Assembly (NCBI RefSeq): GCF_001194135.2
Contig: NC_068983.1
Coordinates: forward strand, 166,363,940-166,427,778
From: Octopus bimaculoides
Taxonomy: Eukaryota
Reading direction: 5' to 3'
Length of the DNA stretch: 63,839 nt
Shown in pieces: positions 39,908 through 53,016 of this stretch. A program made the translations under genes and the position numbers. Positions within the stretch are counted from its first letter, which is position 1, and each line of letters begins with the position of its first letter. Below the pieces are notes generated by a model that had not been told where the DNA came from, ran no database searches, and saw nothing but the letters and a program-made list of their open reading frames with translations.

Positions 39908-39946
<39 letters not shown>

Positions 39947-39949
<3 letters not shown>

Positions 39950-40170
39950 CCAGTACCGCCTGACTGGCTCCTGTAGGATTTTCGAGCGAGATCGTTGCCA
40001 GTGCCCCTGGACTGGCTTGTGCGGGTGGCACATAAAAGACACCATTTCGAGCGTGGCCGTTTTCGTGCGGGTGACACGTAAAAGCACCCACTACACTCTC
40101 TGAGTGGTTGGCGTTAGGAAGGGCATCCAGCTGTAGAAACTCTGCCAAATCAGACTGGAGCCTGGTGTTG
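39947..40170 (+). mobile_element. Young RTE 3' end, truncated by a gap
   Basis: Near-identical to 3378-3555. Confidence 0.85.
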
Positions 40171-40982
40171 NNNNNNNNNNNNNNNNNNNNNNNNNNNNNN
40201 NNNNNNNNNNNNNNNNNNNNNNNNNNNNNNNNNNNNNNNNNNNNNNNNNNNNNNNNNNNNNNNNNNNNNNNNNNNNNNNNNNNNNNNNNNNNNNNNNNNN
40301 NNNNNNNNNNNNNNNNNNNNNNNNNNNNNNNNNNNNNNNNNNNNNNNNNNNNNNNNNNNNNNNNNNNNNNNNNNNNNNNNNGAGAGAGAGAGAGAGAGAG
40401 AGGACTTAGAAATTTCTGGTTTGCATTCAGCCTAACAGGGTGTGTTGGGCTCTGAAGCCAGGAGATGAAGGACTCTAATAGAAAGACTAGGGGTATATCA
40501 CTCATTGAGTTTGCACCAACTTTCTGCTATCAGTATTTCAAAAATTTGCCACTGGTCCTACACAAGCTTTTACCATTAAAGACAAGTCATCTGTGTGTGT
40601 GTGTGTGTGTGTGTAGCCTAACAGTTGGCTTTTGGCCTCTCATACATCAAAATCAACAAGAGAATCCACTATATGTACATAGATATATGNNNNNNNNNNA
40701 TGAGTTGTATGTGTTATTGTTGAAATAATATTTATAAAAGACAATTGAATTCGTAATTATATACCTGATATTTGCCACACCAATTTTTTTTTTTTTTTTG
40801 TTATATCAAAAGAGAAATATATGAGAACAAAATTGTAAATTTCATGAAACTTTGTTCCTTCATTTAAACATCAAAGCGGTTTAACAATCAAGTAAAAAAA
40901 ATTTTTTAATCCTTAAAAGAAATATCACAACTTGTAATGTCAAAGGCTTGGAAAAACAAAAGAAAGGAAAGGAAATACTTAC

Positions 40983-41033
40983 ACATGATATGCAGGGCTG
41001 GTACAAATTTGTCCTGAAGATGTATCTTCATAT
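40983..41033 (-). other. Putative exon (strongest splice signals in the window)
   Basis: Acceptor cctttttctattttgcag| and donor |gtaagt; 51 nt. Open frames MKIHLQDKFVPALHIM or YEDTSSGQICTSPAYH. Confidence 0.55.
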
Positions 41034-41071
41034 CTGCAAAATAGAAAAAGGATAGTAAATAAACCACTGAT

Positions 41072-41280
41072 TAAACCTTTTGATACCAACCCACCTGAAA
41101 CCACCCCCAGTTCTATGATGGAAATGCACAGTTTTTTAAGTGATCTAGATTTAAAACCTTCCATCAATATCTCGTGTTTATGTTTCAAACATCAACTTAA
41201 TGTAACAGTTATTTTACTAAATTCATTATTTTCAAAACAGAAAGAAAATTAGGATATTTGAACAAAAATATGGCAACAAA
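41072..41280. mobile_element. piggyBac-like MITE type 1 (reverse)
   Basis: CCTTTTGATACCAAC...GTGATCTAGATTTAAAACC...ATGGCAACAAA. Confidence 0.75.
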
Positions 41281-42879
41281 TACATGTTACTAGTATAAGA
41301 TCAAAAAGACAATGGTAAATTAAGAGAAATTATATTCTAGACTACAATCAATATTTTGATTTCTTTCTCAACTATTCCAAATTACACTTTCTCTTTATGT
41401 TAAATAACCCCTACCCTTTATTCTGAAAAGACCCTTTCTTTTTCTCAATAACAAATTAAAAAGAAAAAGAGTAACATAATTCACAGTCCTGGAAAAATCA
41501 AATACAATGTTACTATTAGGTTCTGAAAATGGAAGGTGGGGAAGAAAAGAAAGAAAAGAATTCAGATTAATTAAATTTAGTTTATTTTATAATGGAAATT
41601 TTGATACTATATATGTTGGCATACAAAACAACCTTTTAACCTTAAAAAACAAATCACTCTCAAAATAGACGCTCGCCTAGCCTTTTTTAGTGCAGTTTGT
41701 GGTCCCATCTTCTTTATCTATTCTCAATGTCAGGTAGGCTGTACGTTTTGAAAATAATCCACATTAAGATTTGCCTGAGTTACCAAATATTTTCTTTACC
41801 TGCCTCACTAAGTTGACCAATATACATCCAATAAAATACAATTGTGAAAGTGGTACAGCACATTATGAATCACTGTATATAATGAATAGTCATTGATTAA
41901 CTCTACAAGCTAAAGCTTGTAAATAGGAGAGAAAGTTGGGAGATAAGAACCTAAAATACAAGGGTAATAAACAACTGACAGATAAAACTCTTGAAATAGC
42001 TCAGCTCACTATTGGCCCAGAAGGTTCTAGAATCTGATTGGCAGGTAAACCTATGCATGTCCTCTGATGTCCCAGTCTCAGCCATAAGCAAGTCAGTCAG
42101 TGCTAATTGGTCAAACCATATTTGTGTAAGCTTTGCATGAGTTGTTGGCATGGTGATGCATGCTTGTAGGCTAACTCTGTCTCAATGGCTACCAGCATCT
42201 TTTATAGGTCCAGTAGTATATGCCATACATCAACATATGCTACTACTATATGCATATTAAAACACAGATAAGATATTAAAAAAAATATGATACACAGAAT
42301 AACACCGATGATACTAAAAGATAATAAGAACATGGTACATAATATAAAGACCTTCAACTGACAAGGCCCAAATACATCTCTTTGAAGAGAAATTCTCCCG
42401 TGGCCAATGTCTTTTTCTTTTAGACAGATCTCTTATCACAAATTATCTGAAAAGTCTAATGAGTACTATGGAAATCTATCCATCTTTTCTCCTATAAATT
42501 ATAATGACCCCTTTTCGTTTAAACGTCCATACTATTACTATGTCCTTTATATTTCAGTATAGCACACTCCTTTCCTCCTCACCACTATATCCATTTCACA
42601 CACTCGGTTCAATCCTTCTTCCTTAAGAGTTGCTTTCTTTTGCAGCTCCCCTTTCTAACTATATCTTCCTACTTCATATTAAGATATTAACTAGGAATAA
42701 ATTTCAATTGCACTAATTACTCTTTGTTTTTCAGACAATTTGTGATTTTATTTCCTCTCAAACTAAAGTCTGGCACTCCTAATAAATTTTACCCTTTCCA
42801 ATTACTTTTTATCATTTTTTTAAGAATTGTTTCTATAAAGTAGGTCAAGTTCAAATTAAAATTTTAAATACCATCTTAC

Positions 42880-42925
42880 CAGCAAGCTATTTTCTTTCCC
42901 CAAATCAACCAACTACTAGATCCAC
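42880..42925 (-). other. Putative exon
   Basis: Acceptor ttaatgcctatag| and donor |gtaaga; 46 nt. Confidence 0.35.
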
Positions 42926-43022
42926 CTATAGGCATTAACTTGGAGACTTCTCTCTACTAATAATCAGTCTAAACTACAGGAGTGGCAAAAAAGGCCTCTA
43001 AGATTCAACATTCACGATACAC

Positions 43023-43179
43023 ATTTCAAAAGCAGAGTGCATCAGTCCAAGCCATGATGGTAACTAAGAAAGTCAAAACAAATCATTAGCTACATGAAGA
43101 CACTATTACCATCTGCTTAATTTCACTTATGCCACACCAATGGCCATGTAAAATAGGGAAGGTTTTCTCTCACACTCTG
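43023..43179 (-). ncRNA. Candidate intronic structured ncRNA, copy 1
   Basis: Homologous to 49746-49911. Terminal stem CAGAGTGT/GCACTCTG, GCCA/TGGC hairpin, ATGGTAA/TTACCAT helix. About 100 nt upstream of the predicted 3' splice site at 42926. Confidence 0.45.
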
Positions 43180-43564
43180 TATAACCCATTTCTAATGGAA
43201 CTAGTATTTACAAAAGCCACAAGCTAATGTTTACCAGAAAAGCACATAACTTCAATATCTATTTGCAAAGAAACTACACTCATTATATCTCCTCCATACC
43301 ATCATACATATGATTTGAACTGTAATTATTTGCTCTAACTTCCTTTTACCATTTCAAATCAATTCAACAATTATTTAAAAATTCCTAAAAGAGCCTATGA
43401 GATATTTTTGTGTAATTATATTTGAAGTCATGTAAGTTAACATAGGTAAAAGAATAGAGGGAAAAGAAAATGTAATGTGATTGGAGAGCCTAACTAAACT
43501 TTTGAACCACAACTGAAGTTGAACTTATAAATCTATCCAAGTATGTGTATATATGATCCCAGTG

Positions 43565-43725
43565 ATGTCTTGCAATATTTGATTTGGTCCAGTATGTTCT
43601 GTGCTCAGATCCAGCTGGGGTCAACTTTACCTTTTGTCCCTCCAGAGTTGATAAAATAAAGTACCAGTAAAGTACTGGGTTCAATAGTATCCACAAACTA
43701 ACCCCCTCAAAATTGTTGGCTTTCT
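43565..43725 (-). mobile_element. Family C SINE
   Basis: GGGGTCAACTTTACCTTTTGTCCC..GTTGATAAAATAAAGTACCAG motif. Confidence 0.6.
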
Positions 43726-43867
43726 GCCTAAATCAGAAACCATTGTTATTCTTACTAGCTGACCACGTGCCATCAAGAACGACGACTAATTGTAGTATTT
43801 TATATATAAATAAGGTACAAAATAAGGTAGATAATAATCACACACAAACATTCAATTACTTCCCTTG

Positions 43868-43912
<45 letters not shown>

Positions 43913-44159
43913 GAAACGCTGATTTTTTTCACCCCTTCCTTCCTTAGTAATCTATCACCTCTTCCTTTCTCTCATTGCTATTACTTTCTCTCACTCCCTT
44001 TCAGTCAGGGCTATTACTCTCACTACTTCTCCTTCACTGAATTACTATTTCCTCTCCTCTTCTGCGTCCGGCGTGATTCTGGACAAATATACATATATAC
44101 AAATATATAAAAACACTATGCTCATTATTACATGAGATTATATTATCATTATCACATTT

Positions 44160-44545
44160 AACAGGCTGGGCAGCAAAATGCTTAGCAGCATTTCATCCAT
44201 CTTTACATCCTTAGTTCAAATTCTGCCAAGAGTTGACTTTACCTTTTGTCTTTTTGGGGTTGCTAAAGTACCAGTTTATCACTGAGGTTGATGTAATCAA
44301 CTTGCTTGCTCCACAGAAATTACTGGACTTGTGCCAAAATTTGAAGTTACTATCATTATCATTATCATCAAGGCAGTGAGCTGGCAGAATCATTAGCACA
44401 CTGGACGAAGTGCTTAGTGGTATTTCATCTGTCGCTACATTCTGAGTTCAAATTCTGCCGAGATCAACTTTGCCTTTCATCCTTTTGAGGTGGATAAAAT
44501 AAGTACCAGTTGAACACTGGGGTTGATGTAATTGACTCATCTCCC
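44160..44545 (+). mobile_element. Two tandem family C SINEs
   Basis: GTGAGCTGGCAGAATCATTAGC...GAGTTCAAATTCTGCC...TAAGTACCAGTTG. Confidence 0.8.
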
Positions 44546-44654
44546 CCCTCTAAATTTCTAATATGATATAGTGGCATATCAGTCAGTAAAGAGCAGTATA
44601 AATCAACTCCAAAACTTCAAATTTTCCAAGCAATTCACTGCTATTTAGACAAAC

Positions 44655-44965
44655 TCATCATCATCATCATTTAACGTCCATTGTCCATACTGGCATGGGT
44701 TGGCCAGTTTGACCAGGGCTGGTAAACTGGGGAGCTGCAACAGACTCCAGTCTAATTTGACATGGTTTCTATGGCTGGATGCCCTTCCTAATGCCAACCA
44801 CTTTGAGAATGTAATGGATGCTTTTACATGCCACTGGCATGGGTGCCATTTGTGTGACACCAATATCTGCCACGACTGTGATTTTGCTCGGCTTGATGTG
44901 TCTTCTTCTCAAGCATGACATAATGCCAAAGGTCTTGGTCATTGCCTCCATGAAGCCAAGAAACA
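44655..44965 (-). mobile_element. RTE 3' end
   Basis: (CAT)n TTAACGTCC...GCTGGATGCCCTTCCTAATGCCAACC. Confidence 0.8.
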
Positions 44966-45045
44966 CTTGTCTCATGAAAAAAAAAAAATGAAATTCTGAA
45001 ATATAATGCTTTAATAAAGATTCATTCTATGATTTTAAAAAAAAT

Positions 45046-45452
45046 TCTTTTTACTTGTTTCAGTCATTTGACTGTGGCCGTGCTGGAGCACCGCCTTAAA
45101 GGATGTTAGTCAAAAAAGTCGACTCCCAGGACTCATTCTTTGTAAGCCTAGTGCTTATTCTATTGGTCTCTTTGCAGAACTGCTAAGTTGCAGGGACATA
45201 AATTCACCAGCATCGGTTGTCAAGCGATGGCGGAGGAAGAAACACAAACACATACACAAAAATATATACATATACATATATATGTATATATGATGGGTTT
45301 CTTCCAGTTTCCATCTACCAAATCCACTCACAAGGCTTTGGCCAGCCCGAGGCTATAGTAGAAGACATTTGCCCAAAGAGCTACACAGTGGGACTGAACC
45401 CGGAACCATGTGGTTGGGAAGCAAGCTTCTTACCACACAGCCACACCTGCAC
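45046..45452 (-). mobile_element. Full composite SINE: family B head + microsatellite + D tail
   Basis: On the reverse strand, A-box-like TGGCTGTGTGG and B-box-like GGGTTCAGTCCC, then the core, then the D module. Confidence 0.85.
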
Positions 45453-46789
45453 CCATGTTGTTTGCATAATCAGAATTTAACATCCACCTTCCATGCTAGC
45501 ATGGGTTGAACAGTTTTGTTGTCCCCTGACTAAGTCAAACATTGTCAAACCCTTCAACACATGCCAGCATGGAAGCTTGAGCATGAAATTCAAATAGATG
45601 ATGATGGAAGGAGGAGGAGGAGGCTATCCAAGCCATGTCAGCAGGGACCCCCCCCTCCCCCGACGCTAAATGGTGACAATGATGATATAGAATAAATCTT
45701 CATTAAGCATTAAATTTCAGAATGTCATGAAATTTGTTTTTGTTTCGTTTTGTTACACATTCAGAAGTTATTTCAGAGTATGAATTTTTCCATTTATCAA
45801 AGAATAATTTTATCAAACTAGGTCAACATTTGCCTTCAGAAATATTTTTATTTTGACAGTATTTTAATAACAGTTGCATATATGCATATCCACTCTGGGT
45901 GATTGTGTATGAGCTTAGACAAATGTAATGACAGGCACAAAATGATAAAGGGAATCTTTAAATATCTGGAAGTTATTTGAACCTACAAACCATGAAATAC
46001 TTTTTGCAACCTAATGAAACTTTTTTTAATGGATGATGTGTTATTGGATTACAAAATAAACCAATATTATTTCTATCTACATAGAAATCTATATAGTTTT
46101 ATTTCAAGAGCATAGTTATGGTATTATTAGAAGACATGAATTTAAATCTTACACTGGATCCTTAAAATGAGCCAGAAATGGAAGGAAAATAAACATGAGA
46201 ACAGACATAAAATGAGATGAACAGACATAAAATAAGAATCAAGAAGAAAGAGCAAAATTTGAAGTGGGTGAAGTACTTTCATATATGAAGTAATCTATGA
46301 AAGAGTGGTTGAAAAGGCATAGCCTAAGTTTTTGTAAGGTAATAGAAAAAGAAATAATTATTCACCACCCTTCACTTTCATGCTACCAGGGATCTACAGT
46401 ACCACATATCTCCAGTCTATTTTGAATGCAATTCTAACTTGAAAATCTTTTATGTAATTTTCTTCAAGATCCCAATTCTTCACCTGTGGAGGCAGTTCCC
46501 CAGCATGGTTGCATTCAAATGATTGAAATGAGTCAAATGATATAAGAATGAAAGAACAGCTATTTCATTTCAGCTCCTAATCAATTTCAGTTCTCAGCAG
46601 TCCTCAAATCTACATCTGCACCATTCAAAAGATATATTTATATTGATAAAAATTATTTTATGGCAAGGCCAAGACAGTGCTTGGTTCTAATCTCTCTTAT
46701 TTTTGAATACAGAGTACTTAGATTTAAGTGTGGCTGTTTGATTAAGAAGTTCACTTCCCTTACCATAGCCTTTAGACATCATCACTTAA

Positions 46790-47910
46790 AATCCATTTTC
46801 CATACTGGCATGGGTTGGACAGTTTGACACAAGGTAAGTCAGAAGACTGTACCAAGCTTTACCATCCGTTTTGACATGGTTTCTACAGCTGGAGGCCCTT
46901 CCTAATGTCAACCACTTTACAAAGAGTACTGAATGCTTTTTACATGGCACCAGCACCAGTGAGGTCATCAAATAATTTACAAGATAGGACACCTCAATTG
47001 AGGATTGGGGTGTAATATTGAAAAAGTTTAATGCCAGATGAGAGGTTAGAATATGAGTTGAGGAACAAAAATAGACATCTTGTAGTAAAGATGATACATG
47101 GCTACCTTAGTGGGAGAGAGAGAGAGAAGAGGGAGAGATGGTGAAGATATGACAGGGGTACAGTCAAGTTACAGGGAGGTGTATATAAGTGGGACCAAGG
47201 ATTGGATTGGGTGAGTAGGTGGGTAAATTCATGAGATTGTGAAAGGAGAGTGGAAAGTAGAGGGGAGGGGTTAAGAAGATATATGTTGTGGAGAGGAGAC
47301 TGAGAGGTGAATGGTGAGCACAGGTGGGGGAAAGATGGAGGTGTTGGGAAGATGAGATGAGATGTTGGAGCAGGGGCATAAAGGACACTCCTTTTGAGTC
47401 TCCATTTTACTTGGCTGGATGGGTCTTATCAAGCACAGCATCGATTGTCTCAGTTCTTTGTCATCTCCTCTGTTAAAAGCTAAGCATCTGAAGATCATTT
47501 TTCACTACTTTGTCCCACATTTTTCTCAGTCTTCCTCTTCCACACGTCCCCCCCCCCCACATTTAGAGAGAGACTTCTTTATGCAGCTGTCTTCATCCAT
47601 ACACATCACATAACCATACCAGCACACTCCTGCCTCTTGCACATTACCTGTGATGCCTCTTTAAACCTATTTTCTTTTCTCAACTCATTTACACTTTGTC
47701 ATACATGCACACTGACATTGCATATCCAGTGAAGTAGGCTAGTTTCATTTGTTTCAAGCCTTTACATGTCCTTTGCAGTCACAGCCCATGTCTGACTACC
47801 ATGTAGCATAGCCGCTCATACAGTATATTGTACAATCTGCTTTTCATTCTGAGGGAGAGGCCCTTTATTCCCAACAAAGGTAATAGCACTCTGGACTTTG
47901 CCCAGCCATT
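46790..47910 (-). mobile_element. Family F copy (46790-47400) adjoining an old RTE C-terminal fragment (47400-47910)
   Basis: RTE tail plus purine-rich part, followed by degenerate sequence matching the RTE C-terminus (GCAGCTGTCTTCATCCATAC, ACACTGACATTGCATATCCAG). Confidence 0.7.
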
Positions 47911-47931
47911 TCTAATTCAAACTCAAAAAAG

Positions 47932-48007
<76 letters not shown>

Positions 48008-48950
48008 ATGCGTGCGTGTGTGCGTGCATGCACCTTTGTCTTAACATTACTGTAAAATAAGTACCCCCGTCATACAAGCAATGTCATTCATTTCCAGTTT
48101 TCTGTGGATAACATGACTGATCAAAGAATATATTAAGCTTACTAGAAAGCAGGGGTGGAGTGGTGATAGGGAGGACATCCAACCACAGAAAGTCTACCTC
48201 AACAAATTCCATCCAGCCCATGCAAGTTTGGAAAAGTGGACATTAAATGATGATCAATAATATACTGAGCCCATACAAAAATTTGTGTGTTTAGTTAAAA
48301 GAAGCCAAAAATTGTGTTTTGAAGAGACAGAGAATTTTAAGGAAAGGTAAATAAGAAGTTGGTAACATCAGTTCTTCCTCGAGACTATATTAGTGATATC
48401 AGTGGTCTGAAATAGTTGCAACTAGAAATCAAAAAAGAGTCGCTGACTGAGCATGCTAAGAGCTGACTTCTCTATACTGTAATCATTTTGTTTTGTTTTT
48501 TCATATTTAAAACAAACAGACTTAATTTCTGCAGTTCTACAAATATTAGATTTTCTTGTTTTCACATTTATTTAAATGTCTCAAATTTTTTTGTTTTTTA
48601 ATGTGGAAAGCACGGGGCTGAGAAATTCATTTCCCAATCATATGATGTCAGGTTCAGGCCCAAACCAAAGCATTATGGATCTGGTGGACTGAAAGAAGCC
48701 CATCATAAGTATGTATGTATGTATGTATGGCCTTGTCTGGACTTCACATGATGACTGTAAAACGAGTATCATTATCTTATAAGTGATATTAATTTCAATC
48801 TTCCATTAAAAACATGTCTAGCCAAGGGGAAATATCACCTGGCTTGGAAACAGGAAGGGCACAGAAGGCCATAGAAGATTTGCCTCAATGAATTCCATTT
48901 GACCAATGCAAGCATGAAAAAGTCAGTATTAAAGGAAGATGATGGTGATT
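47932..48950 (+). mobile_element. (GT)n plus G tail (47932-48255) and a degenerate family B/G SINE (48614-48950)
   Basis: Tails end GGAAAAGTGGACATTAAATGATGAT and AAAAAGTCAGTATTAAAGGAAGATGATG. Confidence 0.6.
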
Positions 48951-49745
48951 ATTTAACAATCCAGAAATTTCTTGCTTTTTTTTTTTAATATTTGTCTTTC
49001 TGAAACACATTCATAATGCAAAATACATGTAATAATGATGATAAAAAATAAGGACATTAATAAGCAGAGGGAAGCTTAAGCTATAACAAATAGCAGCCAA
49101 ACTCCTTCAACTCATTGTCAAGCAGCTTAAACCTTTTAATATTAACTTGCCTGAAGTACCCCTGGTTTTGATAATACAAACCTTCATGTTAATATTTATG
49201 TTCCAAACACCAACTTAATAACGTCAAAGTACAAAGTTATTTTACTAGATTCTTTGTTATTTTAAGACTAAATTTAAGCAAAGGCAATGTATCTCAACAG
49301 AAATATGGTAATGAAGAAGTTAAAAAAAAGAACACATAGGAGAAAGTGGTCCTGGATAAAATAAAAAGGATGGGCATAACTGGACCGTCTTTGATTTACT
49401 GCCTTGACGTAAAAAAAAAAAATACAACCACCATATTTGAGTGGAATAACATTCGTTTTTAAGGATAGTAAAGCAATTCATTATTGTGCTCAATCTAAAG
49501 GAAACAAAACCCACACCTTTCTAAGAAGAGATCAAGATGTCGCATATTTAAAAAGCCTGTTCACACCGAGTACTTTATCTTTGTTGTTTATGAGATTTGA
49601 ACTGTATTTTAGAAGTTACTATAAAGCCTTAAAATAAATAAATAAAAGCTAAAGCAAGAAGTAAATCCATTAAAAGATACAAGTAGGAAAAGAACTTCAA
49701 GCTCAAGGTATGACAAGACATACCACATTTTACAGTTTGACAACT

Positions 49746-49911
49746 ATTTCAACAGCAAAGTCATGCTATACACTGGTCCAAACCATGATGGTAAGTTTTA
49801 AAAAATGGTAAAACACTTAACTACATGAAGACATCATTACTCCCTGGTTAACTTGACTGGTGCCACAAAAATGGCTGTGTAAAATATGGAAGGTTTTTCT
49901 GCTGCACATAG
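49746..49911 (-). ncRNA. Candidate intronic structured ncRNA, copy 2
   Basis: Homologous to 43023-43179, with a different terminal stem (CTATGTGC/GTGTATAG, using G-U pairs). About 120 nt upstream of the predicted 3' splice site at 49628. Confidence 0.45.
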
Positions 49912-52301
49912 AACAATTTTTTTTTTTAAAAAAAACATCATCCAAATAAATAATTTGAATGACTTAATTTCACAGCAAAATTTATGGTATTTTGTAGTTT
50001 GCTTTAAATAAAGTGTAAGTAAGAAGCATTTATAATTTCAAACTAATGTATACTATTTTCCCCACCCCCACTTCCAACCATACCAGAAAGTTTAATTTCT
50101 GAATTATGTAAATGTAAAAACGGTTATTAATGACCAAATAAAAGTAACCCAGAATTAATGAATTGTAAAACAGTTCCTTTTCTCAAATGAAATAGCTTTC
50201 AAAATATTTTCAATAGTCTGCTTGGGGAATTCTACTTTTGATATGCATCGCACAAAAACTAGCTTCTCTAATACTTTTGATTGTGTTGTGCAAACCAGAA
50301 ATACAATTTAAAGTGCTGTCAAACTGAATTCCTAAAGGGAGAATTAAAACAAAGAAAAATATATATTTGTTTTGTTTTTCTATTGTCAAAGGGTAAAAAA
50401 CAAGTTGTTTATTTTTAAACCAAACAACTTTACAAAAATAAACTGAAAAAGAAAAATCCTAAAATTTAATAATTTCTTTTAACCACATTATCTAACAAGT
50501 CTTGTTTTATTGGGTGTCTTTAAAAATTTAGCTTTAGACTTTCCACAAATCTACAAAATGCTTAAGTAGCTAAATGCATTTTTCTTGCGGGTTAAATAAC
50601 CTATTTTAACAGTTGCTACTTTAACGCCATTTTATTTTAATTGCATTCCCACAGTAAGAGTTTAACAGACAATGAAGATTGTGATTTAACACTGCATTTT
50701 GCAGTACTATTATTTTCTGGGTGCACAGTTTTAGCAATGTGCAAGCTTGTACAAAATAGTTTTAAAGATAACAAATATAATATAAAGTTAGAATTTCAAA
50801 AGCAAGTCTATCAAATAATTGTGTTGGATTTTATCTAGGTTACCCTTTTAAAACTACAGGGCAAAAAAAAGCAAACAAAATCAGATTCACCATCCCTAAT
50901 AAATGTTACATAGAGACACTGTTATCATCTGTTTAACTCCACTAGCACCAAATGTAAAATGTAAGTGGTTTTCTTGTTGTACTCTATATATACATACACT
51001 ATCTCATATATAGTGCAAACTTCTTTCCTGGAATTGTTCTATACATTTGCTGTAAATCAGACATTCTATATTTCTTTCTTCTTTTGTGAATGTCACTCAA
51101 CACACACCTTTTAGTACAGGAAGACAAAAACCTTTAGACACAAGTCACCTACCCAGAGCCATATTTATATGCAAGCTATGAGACATTGAACTAGACCATC
51201 AAATAGAAAAATTACAGTAATTCATAGCTGTTTCACTTTCTATGTGTTTTCAAAGAGATTAAACTAATTGCATTATATTCTATTTTTCTCAAATACTGAT
51301 TACAAAAGGAATACTCAAGGGAAACAAAAGCACCAAAGCAGAAAGAATCTTCTTCCATGTCTTCCCCACATAAATACTGTTTGCTTTGTCCAGCTGCCAT
51401 TTCACAAATTACAATAGAAAATGAGTACAATGATGCATTTAAATAATATCAAACTGAATTACATTTCCCAAGAATAGAAGATAACAAGGCTCTCTTCCAA
51501 AAAATTCACAAAGCTGATTAATCTAAATTCATTTTTTGCATTGGTTTTCTTGAACAGTTCTAGAAAAATTTTTATTTCAAAGCAGATAACCATGATATGG
51601 AACACACACACAAAGATGATTTTAAAAAATAACTGCATCTAAATACTAAATAATAATCCTAAATCACTGGGGTATTGTTAATTTACTGGGATACAAGTAA
51701 AGGTTGGTGCCAAGAAGGGTGTCCCACCATAGAAAACTCTTCCTCCAACATAGACAAATATGATCCATGCAAACATAGTAAAAATTGATATTAAAATAAT
51801 TGTGGTAGTAGTGGTGATGATGATGGCAGTGGAATGGTGATGATGATTGTGGGGGTGATCATCATCATCTTTCTCTAGTCTGGCATGGGTTAGATGGTCC
51901 GACAAGGCTGGCAAGCAGGAGAGCTGCAGCTGGTTACAATCCGATTTGGCTTGATTTCTACAGCTAGATGCCCTTCCTAACACCAATGATAATAGTTACT
52001 GATAACTAAATTATGACTTTCTTAGAACACATCATTACTAAGCAATTGTTAGGCTGCTGAATAAGTGAAATACTTAACCACACTATTAGAAATACAAGCA
52101 TACCCATGCTGACAGTTTTATTAATGGTAGAAAATAGTGCATCAAAACAATGGGGAAAAAAACCACTGATGAATGTCAGCATCAGATACAGATGTAATGT
52201 CTTGGTTGAGAATAACTTCCATGTCATATATATNNNNNNNNNNNNNNNNNNNNNNNTATATATATATATATATATATTAATACATAAAGTTAAAGTCTGG
52301 T

Positions 52302-52369
52302 CATAGAGTGACCAATGGTTTCGTATCCACAAAAGCTACAGCCTTGTGGACAGCTCATCAGGCTCTATA
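52302..52369 (-). ncRNA. Type I hammerhead ribozyme motif (catalytic core intact)
   Basis: Reverse complement: TATAGAGC-CTGATGA-G[CTGTCCACAAG..TTTTGTGGATA]C-GAAA-CCATTG-GTC-ACTCTATG. Confidence 0.75.
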
Positions 52370-52948
52370 CAAAGACAAATTCAAGTTTTCACCTCACAGA
52401 GGCAGAGAAAAGTTAGGACAAAATTGTCGAATGGTTAATAGAGAAATGTTATTGAGGATGGGTTATTTTCCTTGGACTAGAGGATAATGGAAGTTCCGAT
52501 CTATTTCATTAAGGTCTCATTAGTTTAAACAGCAAATGGGGAGACCCAATTTTCCAGTAGGTAATGCTTGAAATGAACATGTTTTGAGAAAATTCCTTTA
52601 TGATTATTTGATGTGCCAGGCTTAGCATAGTTTTTAAGAATTTTGGTTCACTCTGCGATGAAGATTTTGCAGCACTTGCTCCCATTAATATTTGGGCCTG
52701 GTTGTTCTATGATCTTCCACCTGACATCATATGGGGTCCCTTGATCTTTGAAGTACCACACATGGCTGGCCAGGGACATGACAAAATGTTTTTCTAGGAC
52801 TCTGAAGGATGACTGGTGTTTCAAAAGCATCACTTGAAAGCTGTGATGGCCAATCCGATATATTTACAGGCCTGTCTGCTGGCTATACTTGCATTTTTGT
52901 CCTAGCTTTTCTCTGCCTCCATGAAGTGAAAAATTAAATCTGTCTTTG

Positions 52949-53016
52949 TATAGCGTCTGATGAGCTGTCCACAAGGCTGTAGCTTTCGTGGATACAAAAC
53001 CATTGGTCACTCTATG
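52949..53016 (+). ncRNA. Type I hammerhead motif, core mutated (GAAA to AAAA)
   Basis: TATAGCGT-CTGATGA-G..C-AAAA-CCATTG-GTC-ACTCTATG. Confidence 0.65.

Noticed and set aside
43023-43179. The duplicated element read as mutually exclusive coding exons (KTFPILHGHWCG... / KTFHILHSHFCG...)
   Set aside because: Differences are mostly non-synonymous, the acceptors are weak, and conservation extends past the shared stop.
43756-43785. VVLDGTWS resembles the DTW-domain (DTWD2) motif
   Set aside because: The frame continues ASKNNNGF* and no neighbouring exon matches DTWD2 sequence, so it is a short chance match.
51085-51210. Possible minus-strand H/ACA snoRNA ending GAGTGACATTC
   Set aside because: I could not place an H box between two convincing hairpins.
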